A DNA stretch of 33,640 nucleotides, from positions 1 to 33,640 of IMG/VR virus record IMGVR_UViG_3300028588_000064. One strand, given 5' to 3'. The notes under the pieces were generated by a model that was not told the DNA's origin, searched no databases, and worked only from the letters and a program-made list of their open reading frames with translations. This document shows, piece by piece, positions 9,176 to 17,212 of this stretch (its first letter is position 1; each line of letters opens with the position of its first letter). Source of the DNA: a virus. Lineage: Duplodnaviria > Caudoviricetes. The translations under genes and the position numbers were made by a program.

Positions 9176-9356
9176 CAGACCCCCGGCCGCGCGTGCCCCC
9201 GTGTGCGCGGCCGGGTCTAATCTTCGGGGGAGGGTCACGGCCAGGTAAGAGCACACTCCGCGCCGAACAGGCCGAATCGCGAAGTTATCCGGCATCACGT
9301 CCGGTGCGCCGCCCTCACCCGAGCAACCTTGATCATCGAGCAGGAAGGGGCCCACC

Positions 9357-9797
9357 GTGGTCCACGAGAAGCAGAAGTCCGGCGATCCCGACTACGACGA
9401 CAAGGTCCCCGCCGACCAGCACGTCGGGCGGATGGTCATCGCCGGTGACGGTCGCGAGGTCCTGATCACCGAGGCCAACGGGCCCGTGAACCTGGACGGC
9501 TCGCACGCCAACCTGGACGACCCGAAGGGCGAGGCCGGCGACAACCGTCCGGCCCCGGGTGAGGTCGCGACCAAGGCGTCCGAGGTCCAGACCTACGACA
9601 CCAAGGCGATGCCGGCCAAGAACCTCGGCACGGCCAACAGCTCCCAGGAGCTGGATGACCTCCTGGCCCAGGACGGCCAGGAGACCCAGGAGCTTTCCAG
9701 CCAGCAGTCCGGCGACCAGGCCCGCGCGGAACAGGTCGAGGCTGAGCAGTCGGCGGCGCCCGCGGCGAAGCCGGCCCGGACCCGTACGGCCAAGTAG
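9357..9797 (+). CDS. Hypothetical acidic/low-complexity virion-region protein
   Basis: 146 aa ORF with AGGAAGGGG SD upstream. Confidence 0.7.
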   Translation: MVHEKQKSGDPDYDDKVPADQHVGRMVIAGDGREVLITEANGPVNLDGSHANLDDPKGEAGDNRPAPGEVATKASEVQTYDTKAMPAKNLGTANSSQELDDLLAQDGQETQELSSQQSGDQARAEQVEAEQSAAPAAKPARTRTAK

Positions 9798-9801
9798 TGC
9801 C

Positions 9802-9840
9802 CCGGGAGGCAGGTTCCTTGCAGGGTTCCCTGCCTCTCGG
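9802..9840 (+). terminator. Hairpin (possible terminator)
   Basis: CCGGGAGGCAGG/CCTGCCTCTCGG stem directly after the stop at 9797. Confidence 0.5.
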
Positions 9841-9876
9841 TCAAAACCCTGCCAACCCTGCTGGACAGGAGTCGTC

Positions 9877-10650
9877 GTGATGGACAAGGGAGCGGTCATC
9901 CCCAGCATGGTGGACGGTGGGCACTGGGCCTCCTGTTTCGGCCTGTCCTGGGCCGACATGCTGTTGCTCGATCAGGTCAGCCCGACCCCGCGGGTGATGC
10001 GGCCGGGCGGCCAGTACCTCCGCAACGTCGCCGGCACCATGGGCGTAGCCTCGGCCCGCAATGAGATCGTGGCCAACTTCCTGAACCTCCCACACCAACC
10101 CGAGTGGCTGTTCATGGTCGACACGGACATGGGCTTCACCGCGGACACCCTGGAGCGGCTGATCCAGTCAGCCGAGACGAACGGGGCGGCCGTGGTCGGC
10201 GCCCTCTGCTTCGCCCAGAAGTCCGACCCGCGGCAACCGGAGACGAACCTCCACGCACGCCGGCTCCGACTCGTCCCCACCCTGTACCGGTTCGTGGAGA
10301 CCCAGGACGAAAAGGGCTTCCTCTCGATCGAGAACTACCAGCGGGACAGCTTCCAGTGGGTGGATGCCACCGGCGCGGCCTGCCTCCTGATGCACCGCAC
10401 CGCCCTGGAGGCCGTCGGCCCGGACCCGTTCCGGCCGCTCCGGGTTCAGGGCGCCAACCCGGACGGATCCCCGCGGGAGTTCTCCGAGGACCTGTCCTTC
10501 TGCTCCCGGCTGGCCGACGTCGACATCCCGGTGGCCGTGGACACCAGCGTCAAGACCACGCATGCCAAGGGCGGGATCTTCCTGGACGAGGAGACGTACG
10601 TGGCCCAGCTCGCCGTGCGTAAGGCCAGCCCTCTCGGAGTCGCCGCGTGA
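9877..10650 (+). CDS. GT-A fold (family 2-like) glycosyltransferase
   Basis: ARNEIV, WLFMVDTDMGF (DxD), TGAACLLMHR, FSEDLSFC, TTH; AGGAG SD before GTG 9877. Confidence 0.85.
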   Translation: MMDKGAVIPSMVDGGHWASCFGLSWADMLLLDQVSPTPRVMRPGGQYLRNVAGTMGVASARNEIVANFLNLPHQPEWLFMVDTDMGFTADTLERLIQSAETNGAAVVGALCFAQKSDPRQPETNLHARRLRLVPTLYRFVETQDEKGFLSIENYQRDSFQWVDATGAACLLMHRTALEAVGPDPFRPLRVQGANPDGSPREFSEDLSFCSRLADVDIPVAVDTSVKTTHAKGGIFLDEETYVAQLAVRKASPLGVAA

Positions 10651-11666
10651 CCGCCAACGGCTACACCGGCAACCCGCCGGGTGGAGGCGGCGGCGGCGGG
10701 TCGACGGCCTGGGTCGACATCACCGGCAAGCCGGCCACGTTCCCGCCGTCGGCGCACACCCAGGCAGCCAGCACGATCTCGGACTCCACCACCGTGGGCC
10801 GGGCCGTCCTCACCGCCGCGGACGCCTCCGCCGGCCGGGCAGCCCTTGGGGCGGAGGTGTCCGGTGCCGCCACCACCGCGGTCGCCGCGCACGTCGCTGC
10901 CGGGGACCCGCACGCTCAGTACGCGCTGGACACCGACGTGGCGCTCAAGGCGCCGCTGGCGTCCCCGACGTTCACGGGTACGGTCGCCGGCATCACCAAG
11001 ACCATGGTTGGCCTGGGGTCCGTTGACAACACGGCCGACACCGCGAAGCCGGTCAGCACGGCCCAGCAGACCGCGCTGAACCTCAAGGCCGATCTGACGT
11101 CCCCGGCCCTGACCGGCAACCCGACGGCACCGACCCAGGCGGCCCTGAACGCCTCCACCCGCATCGCCACCACGGCGTACGTGGACAGCGCAGTCAGTGC
11201 GGGAGGCGGCGGCGGAGGTGGGACCGCGGCTACCTTCGCGCGCGGGTACGTCACGTCCGGGAACATCACGCCCGGCCTGACCGCAGCATGGACACCGATC
11301 ACCGGACTGGCGTTCTCCCTCGCCGCGGTGGCAGGCGATGATGTCGAATTCACCATGAACGGCCTCCTGGACCAGAAGGCGACCAGCTTCTTCGACCTGG
11401 CCGTGCTGGTGTCCGGTTCGATCGTCCGCTACGCCAGCACGGGCACCGGCTCGCCGTCGCCCGCGGGCGAGGGTGACGGCGCCACCTACCCGCTGAACGG
11501 GTCGGCGCTGCGGCCCCTCAACGCGTACTTCTCCCTGTCGGTGGTGTCCGGCGACCTGACCGGCGGCACGGTTACATTCGCCCTGATCTACAAGGGCGAC
11601 GCTCTCGGCAAGGTGTTCGCGTCCACCGACTTCCCGCTGCGCTGGAGGATCCGCAATGACCACTAG
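10647..11666 (+). CDS. Fibre-like structural protein (head/neck fibre)
   Basis: Fibre repeats WVDITGKPATFPPSAHT, GLGSVDNTADTAKPVSTAQQTAL, SPALTGNPTAPT..IATTAYV; poly-Gly hinges; beta-rich C-terminus. Confidence 0.7.
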   Translation: MTANGYTGNPPGGGGGGGSTAWVDITGKPATFPPSAHTQAASTISDSTTVGRAVLTAADASAGRAALGAEVSGAATTAVAAHVAAGDPHAQYALDTDVALKAPLASPTFTGTVAGITKTMVGLGSVDNTADTAKPVSTAQQTALNLKADLTSPALTGNPTAPTQAALNASTRIATTAYVDSAVSAGGGGGGGTAATFARGYVTSGNITPGLTAAWTPITGLAFSLAAVAGDDVEFTMNGLLDQKATSFFDLAVLVSGSIVRYASTGTGSPSPAGEGDGATYPLNGSALRPLNAYFSLSVVSGDLTGGTVTFALIYKGDALGKVFASTDFPLRWRIRNDH

Positions 11667-12543
11667 CGTTGTCCGGGGCGCGCCCGCCACCCTCTTGGCG
11701 GAATGGCGCCTGTACGCGGGCGGCCCGTACGCCGACGTGACCGGCGTGACCATCGCGGTGGTCAGAATCGTGGACAGCGTCGTTGTCCTGTCCACGACGA
11801 CCACCGGAGTGACCAGCCCGGCCGTTGGCATCAACGCCTACGTCTGGACACCCGCGCCGTCCCTGACCATCGGGGACTATCTGGTCACCTGGACAGGGAC
11901 AGACCCGGACAGCGAAATTGTCCAGGCGACCGAGGTGGTCACTGTCCAGGCGGGCGGCGCCCTCGGCGGGCCGTACGCGGACCGAGCCACCCTGAAGCGG
12001 CGCATGGGCATCCCCGACACGGACACCCTCCAGGACGGCGACGTAGACGACGCACTGTCCAGCGCGTCCGACGCCATCAACCAGTTCACCGGCCGGCAGT
12101 TCGGCCAGGCCTCCGAGGCGTCCACAAGGACGTACGTTGCCGGGCCCAGCGGCGTGGACACCGACGATTTCTGGACCACCGACGGCCTGCTGGTGAACGG
12201 GTCCAGCACGACGTATGCCCTTGAGCCGGCCAACGGCATCGTCAACGGTGTCCCCGGCTGGCCGTACAGTCGCCTGGTCAGCCCGTACAACGGCCACCCG
12301 ATCTACGACTCGGGCAGCATGTTCGTCCTTGCGGTCGAGGTCACGGCCCGGTGGGGCTGGGCCCGGGTCCCCAGCTCGATCAAGTCAGCGTGCCTGATGC
12401 TGGCCGCCGACACCCTAAAGTCCAAGGACGCACCTTTCGGGGTGGCGGGCTTCGGTGACTACGTCGTCCGGGTCCGGGCCAACCCGAAGGTGGCCGAGCT
12501 GCTGGCCCCGTACGTGCGCGACCCGATCAAGGCCGGGTCCTGA
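11656..12543 (+). CDS. Head-to-tail adaptor with extra N-terminal beta domain
   Basis: YADRATLKRRMGI, ASDAINQFTGRQF, VEVTARWGWARVPSSIKSACL, KDAPFGVAG. Confidence 0.8.
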   Translation: MTTSVVRGAPATLLAEWRLYAGGPYADVTGVTIAVVRIVDSVVVLSTTTTGVTSPAVGINAYVWTPAPSLTIGDYLVTWTGTDPDSEIVQATEVVTVQAGGALGGPYADRATLKRRMGIPDTDTLQDGDVDDALSSASDAINQFTGRQFGQASEASTRTYVAGPSGVDTDDFWTTDGLLVNGSSTTYALEPANGIVNGVPGWPYSRLVSPYNGHPIYDSGSMFVLAVEVTARWGWARVPSSIKSACLMLAADTLKSKDAPFGVAGFGDYVVRVRANPKVAELLAPYVRDPIKAGS

Positions 12544-12986
12544 TGGCCGCCTACGACCTGAACGCCATCGCGGACGCATTGGCCGCCGTCTTCCAGGGCA
12601 TGGACACGCGGACGTTCGACGGTGACCAAGAGGTGGTCACTTCGGTGTCCACCGCGGCCGGGGTGGCCAACGTTCCTGCGATCGTCATCGAGCTGGACGA
12701 CATCACGTGGGACATCACGATGGCCAGGGGTGCGGACAGTTTCGTCTTCCTGGCGTACCTTCTGGTGTCCAGCGCGGACAGCCCGGGTGGACAACGTCTG
12801 GTCAGACAGCTTCTGTCCACTGGTGGCCTGGCCGACCGGATCAAGGACGCGCTGGACAGTGACCAGACGTTGGGTGGCCTGGTTTCGTACGCGGTGGCCA
12901 CCGGAACCCGTACCATCGGCAATATCAACTATGCGGGCGCCGACTACCTCGGGGCCACGATTGAGATTCAGGTGGTTGCGCAATGA
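12543..12986 (+). CDS. Tail terminator / head-tail completion protein
   Basis: 147 aa, IKDALDSDQTLGGLV motif, position between adaptor and tail tube. Confidence 0.65.
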   Translation: MAAYDLNAIADALAAVFQGMDTRTFDGDQEVVTSVSTAAGVANVPAIVIELDDITWDITMARGADSFVFLAYLLVSSADSPGGQRLVRQLLSTGGLADRIKDALDSDQTLGGLVSYAVATGTRTIGNINYAGADYLGATIEIQVVAQ

Positions 12987-13705
12987 CCTTCGTCTTGGGC
13001 AACATTTCGCGCGTCCTGGTCAATGAGCGCCAGGTGTCCAGCACCCTGGCCGGCTACACGGCCAGCCACCAGCGGGCCGCCAGCGAGAGCACCGTGCTGA
13101 CCGATGGTGCCGCCCGGTTCGTACCCGGGCTGATGTCCGGCTCCCTGCTGCTGCGGGGTCCGCAGGACTCCGTCGGCCAGGACCTCGCCACCGAAATCAA
13201 GGACGCCATGGGCGTGGACAACGCCTTCTTGGCCACGGTGTGTCCGAATGGCCTGGCCATCGGCCAGTTCGCCATGACCATCCTGGGCGACTTGAACGAG
13301 CACAGTGTGGACGCCACTGTCTCCGATATCTCGTCCTTCTCGATGACCGCCCAGGCCGACGAATCGGTGGACATGGGGTTCATCGTTCACGCCCTCCAGG
13401 CCGAGACGGTCGACGGGAACGGCGCGACGGTGGACCGCGGGGTCGGATCGACCACGACCGGCGGCGGCGTTGCCGTCCTCCACCTCACCGCGTACGCCGG
13501 CCTGACAAACATCATCGTGAAGATCCAGCACTCCACGGACAACTCCGCATGGTCCGACCTGGTCACGTTCACCACCGCGACCGCGGTCGGGGCAGAGCGC
13601 AAGTTCCTCGCCGCCGGTACGACCATCAACCGCTACGTCCGGGCCGTCACCGATGTGACCGGCACGGGATCGGCCACCTTCCTGGTGGCCTTCGCACCTC
13701 GATAA
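12983..13705 (+). CDS. Tail-tube-like protein with C-terminal extra domain
   Basis: N-terminal half aligns by eye with the next gene; C-terminal KIQHSTDNSAWSDL..RYVRAV beta-sandwich. Confidence 0.6.
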   Translation: MTFVLGNISRVLVNERQVSSTLAGYTASHQRAASESTVLTDGAARFVPGLMSGSLLLRGPQDSVGQDLATEIKDAMGVDNAFLATVCPNGLAIGQFAMTILGDLNEHSVDATVSDISSFSMTAQADESVDMGFIVHALQAETVDGNGATVDRGVGSTTTGGGVAVLHLTAYAGLTNIIVKIQHSTDNSAWSDLVTFTTATAVGAERKFLAAGTTINRYVRAVTDVTGTGSATFLVAFAPR

Positions 13706-13720
13706 CCACCGGGAGAGATC

Positions 13721-14146
13721 ATGTTCGTGCACGGCAAGGACGCAGTCTTCAGCCTGGACGACGCCGCGGGTACGCTGCGCGCCGTCAAGGGCTACCTCAA
13801 CACCGTGTCCGGCCTTCCCGGCGGCCGTGGCCTGTCGGAGACGACCGCCTTCGGTGACCAGGGCACCCGGAACATCCCCGGCCTGGCGAACACGACCTTC
13901 AGTGTGGCCGGCCACTTCGATACCACCGCATCGGTCGGTATCACCACCGTGCTGAACGGCCTTCGGACGGCGACCGCCACGGCCACGTTCGAGTACGGCC
14001 CGGAAGGCTCGGCGTCCGGCAAGGTCAAGTATTCGGGGGAGTGCTGGCTGACGGAGATGACCGTCGACGCCAGCGTGTCCGACCGGGTGCCGATCGCCGC
14101 CACTTTCCAGGTGGACGGTGTCGTCGCCGTCGGCACGTACCCGTAA
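13721..14146 (+). CDS. Major tail (tube) protein
   Basis: ETTAFGD..IPGL, FEYGPEG, YSGECWLT, ATFQVDG motifs; position. Confidence 0.75.
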   Translation: MFVHGKDAVFSLDDAAGTLRAVKGYLNTVSGLPGGRGLSETTAFGDQGTRNIPGLANTTFSVAGHFDTTASVGITTVLNGLRTATATATFEYGPEGSASGKVKYSGECWLTEMTVDASVSDRVPIAATFQVDGVVAVGTYP

Positions 14147-14150
14147 GCGG

Positions 14151-14648
14151 GTGGCCCTGGACGTGGAGATCTTGGGCGCCGCCGAGCTGAAAGAGCTGGC
14201 GCGCAAGATCACCATGCTCGGGGAGAAGGGCCTCGGCCGAGAGATGGGCCAGGCCCTGAAGCGTGCGGCCACGCCCGTGGAGAAGGCCCTACGGGACGAG
14301 TACGACGCCTTGCCGGCCCGCGGCGGCTATTCGGGGACGTTCTCCCGCAGCGCTCGCTACCGGACGTCGCTACGGGCCGCCGGCCGGACAGCGTCCTTCC
14401 GGATGCTGGTGTTTGCCGAGGGTGCGCACCAGCGCCGGGACATCGAGAAGCTGGAGGCGGGCCAGCTCCGCCATCCGGTGTTCGGCCGCTCCCGGTCGGG
14501 CCGGTCCGGGCGGCGTACCTCGAATCCGTGGGCGGTCACGCGGGTGAAGGGCGGCTACTTCCGCCGAGGCTCGGACATGGCGGGTCCGGCGGCCCAACGT
14601 GAGATGGTCAAGGTGCTGGACGAGTTCGCCGAGAAGCTGAGTAGTTAG
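14151..14648 (+). CDS. HK97 gp10-like tail completion protein
   Basis: VEILGAAELKELARKI start, basic, LEAGQLRHPVFG. Confidence 0.65.
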   Translation: MALDVEILGAAELKELARKITMLGEKGLGREMGQALKRAATPVEKALRDEYDALPARGGYSGTFSRSARYRTSLRAAGRTASFRMLVFAEGAHQRRDIEKLEAGQLRHPVFGRSRSGRSGRRTSNPWAVTRVKGGYFRRGSDMAGPAAQREMVKVLDEFAEKLSS

Positions 14649-14659
14649 GAACCCTGCAG

Positions 14660-15097
14660 ATGAGTACCAACCGTCAGTCGCTGATTGCTCCGATGGAAGT
14701 CCGGTTCGTGGAGCCGGACGACGTCGAGAACTACGGCGGTGAGTGGTTCACCTACGATGAACTGGCCATCGTCACCACGCCGGCCAAGAAGCTGATCGAG
14801 TGGGAATCGGAGATCGGCTCCAGCCTGGCCAACGTCATGGACGGCTTCCGGCAGTCGTCTGTCTTCGGCGACACGGTGGCTGCCTGGCTGGCCTTCGTGA
14901 TGGCGGGCCGCGCTATCCGGTTCGACCAGTTCACCCCCATGATCATGCTGGCGGAGTGGCGGATCAAGAAGGTGGAGGCCCCAAAAGAGCCGGCCGCGGA
15001 CTCGGACCCGACGGCCCCCCGCGTCATGGAGTCGTCTTTCGAGAAGACAGCTACCGTCGCTTTGCCGATTGCACCGTTGGTGGAGTCGCGTACCTGA
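14660..15097 (+). CDS. Tail assembly chaperone (short form)
   Basis: Position upstream of tape measure; contains slippery heptamer. Confidence 0.7.
   Translation: MSTNRQSLIAPMEVRFVEPDDVENYGGEWFTYDELAIVTTPAKKLIEWESEIGSSLANVMDGFRQSSVFGDTVAAWLAFVMAGRAIRFDQFTPMIMLAEWRIKKVEAPKEPAADSDPTAPRVMESSFEKTATVALPIAPLVESRT
14980..14986 (+). other. -1 programmed frameshift site C CCA AAA; long chaperone ends at 15222
   Basis: In-phase X XXY YYZ heptamer; the -1 frame (ORF 14800..15222) stays open to 4 nt before the tape-measure start. Confidence 0.7.
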
Positions 15098-15226
15098 TCG
15101 ACACCTGGGCGCCCATGTTCACGATCAAGATGGGCATCACCCCCGACCGGCTGGCCGATCTCACCGTGCTTCAGATGGTGGATCATGTGGATTACCTGGA
15201 AGCGATGAACGAGAGAGGGTGAGCCG

Positions 15227-17212
15227 GTGGCCGGTGACAAGCGGGAGTTCATCCTTGATCTTCTGGCGCGCGACAAGTCCGGCCCGGCCACCAAGTCGTT
15301 CGGCAAGAACATTAAGGACGTGGGCGACGACGCCGAGAAGGCTGACCGGAAGGTCCGCGGATTCGGCAAGTCCACCACCACGGCCAGCAAGGAAGCCGAC
15401 CAGCTCGGCGACCAGCTGGACGGGACCGCCCGATCCATGGGCAAGCTGGACCGGGAGATCGCCCTGGCGTCCGCTGAGCTGCGGGTGCTGGCCAAGTCAT
15501 TTGCGGACACTGACGACGCCGCGGAGCGCCTGGACATCTCCAAGGGCATCCGCAAGGGAGAGAACGACCTCCGCCGGCTGAACAAGGCCAAGTCCCTGAT
15601 CAAGATCGACGTGGAGCCGAACGTCGACTCGGCCGGCTTCGCCAAGAAGCTCATGGCCGGTATCAGCGGCGCCGGGGGCTCGATCGCCTCCGCGGCGTCC
15701 GGCTCGGTCGGGCCGGTCGTCGGCGGCGCCATCGGAGCGGCGGCGGCCCCGGTGCTGGTGTCCGCCATGGCCTCCGCCCTATCGGCGGGAGCTGGCCTCG
15801 GAGTCCTCGGCGGCGGTATCGCCCTGGCCGTCAAGAAGGACAACGGCATCCAGGCCGCCGGCTCGGCCCTCGGTGTGAAGTTCATGGACGGGCTGACCAA
15901 GTCGGCCACCAGGGTTTTCGGCGGGCCGATCCGGTCGGCGCTGGGCATCCTGGAGGACGCCTCCGCTCGATCCGTCGGCAAGATCTCCAAGAGTTTCGAG
16001 GCCCTGGGCCCCTCGGTGGTTCCGTTCACCCGCGACATCGTCCAGGGCGGCGAACGTATCCTGACCGCGCTGACAAACGTGGCCAGCAAGAGCGGCCCGG
16101 CTCTCGACGGCCTGGGCAAGAGCATCCGGCTGGTGTCCGACGGCGTCGGTGACTTCGTAGAGACCCTGGCCGACGGGGGACCCGAAGCGGCGGCCAACCT
16201 GACCTTGATCGCTGGGGCGACCGCGGACCTACTCCGCTACACCGGGACGACTCTGGACTCCCTGAACAAGCTGGCATCCAACGAATGGATCACCGGCCCC
16301 CTGCTGCCCCTGCTTCGGAAGCACTACCAGGAGGCCGCCGCCGAGTCTGACACGATGGCCGGTTCCACTACCAAGCTGGCCGACGAGATGACCACCGCGG
16401 AGAAGGCCGCCAACGGCGAGCGCACCGCCCTCAGCGAGCTGTCCAAGGAACTGCGCGCCCAGACCGACCCGGTGTTCGCCCTGCTGAACGCTGAGGACAC
16501 GCTGGCGGAGAAGCAGAAGACCGCGGCGAAGGCCACCAAGGAACACGGTGCCAAGTCCAAGGAAGCCAAGACCGCTCTCCGGGAGTTGGCTGAGGCCGCT
16601 CTGGATGTCGAGGGGAAGGCGGGCGCGCTGGGCGCCACGTTCAACGGCAAGCTGACTCCCCAGCTCAAGGCCAGCCTCCGCGCCGCCGGCCTGACGGAGA
16701 CGCAGATCGATCAGCTTGGCGGGCAGTTCAAGGACGCCAAGAAGGACGGGGACAAGTTCGCCAAGACCTACGCCGCCAACGTCAAGGTGCGCGGGGTCAA
16801 GCCGACCAAGGACGCTCTGTACGGGGTCCGCGACGCGGCCAACAGCATCCCCCGCGCAGTCACCATCGCCATGCGCATCACCGGCCAGACCAACGTCAGC
16901 AAGGTGGCCGCCGGCATCCGGAAGCAGTACGACGCCCGCGCGACCGGTGGCCCGATCTCCAAGGACACGCCGTACTGGGTGGGTGAGAATGGGCCCGAGC
17001 TGGTGTTCCCGAACCACGACGGCCGGGTCCTGTCGGCAGCGGCGTCCCGGGCCAGCGCGGCCCACTCTGCCCCGGCTCTGTCAGGCCTCGGCGGTGGTGG
17101 CGGTATGAGCGGTCAGCGGTTGCGGCTGGAGTTCGCCGGCCAGCAGGAGGTCGTCACCATGTTCCGCGCCTTGATCCGTAAGGCCGACATCCTCCAGGAT
17201 GACTACCGATGA
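15227..17212 (+). CDS. Tape measure protein
   Basis: 661 aa Ala/Gly-rich helical; N-term LLARDKSGPA; C-term RATGGP..YWVGENGPELVFP. Confidence 0.88.
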   Translation: MAGDKREFILDLLARDKSGPATKSFGKNIKDVGDDAEKADRKVRGFGKSTTTASKEADQLGDQLDGTARSMGKLDREIALASAELRVLAKSFADTDDAAERLDISKGIRKGENDLRRLNKAKSLIKIDVEPNVDSAGFAKKLMAGISGAGGSIASAASGSVGPVVGGAIGAAAAPVLVSAMASALSAGAGLGVLGGGIALAVKKDNGIQAAGSALGVKFMDGLTKSATRVFGGPIRSALGILEDASARSVGKISKSFEALGPSVVPFTRDIVQGGERILTALTNVASKSGPALDGLGKSIRLVSDGVGDFVETLADGGPEAAANLTLIAGATADLLRYTGTTLDSLNKLASNEWITGPLLPLLRKHYQEAAAESDTMAGSTTKLADEMTTAEKAANGERTALSELSKELRAQTDPVFALLNAEDTLAEKQKTAAKATKEHGAKSKEAKTALRELAEAALDVEGKAGALGATFNGKLTPQLKASLRAAGLTETQIDQLGGQFKDAKKDGDKFAKTYAANVKVRGVKPTKDALYGVRDAANSIPRAVTIAMRITGQTNVSKVAAGIRKQYDARATGGPISKDTPYWVGENGPELVFPNHDGRVLSAAASRASAAHSAPALSGLGGGGGMSGQRLRLEFAGQQEVVTMFRALIRKADILQDDYR

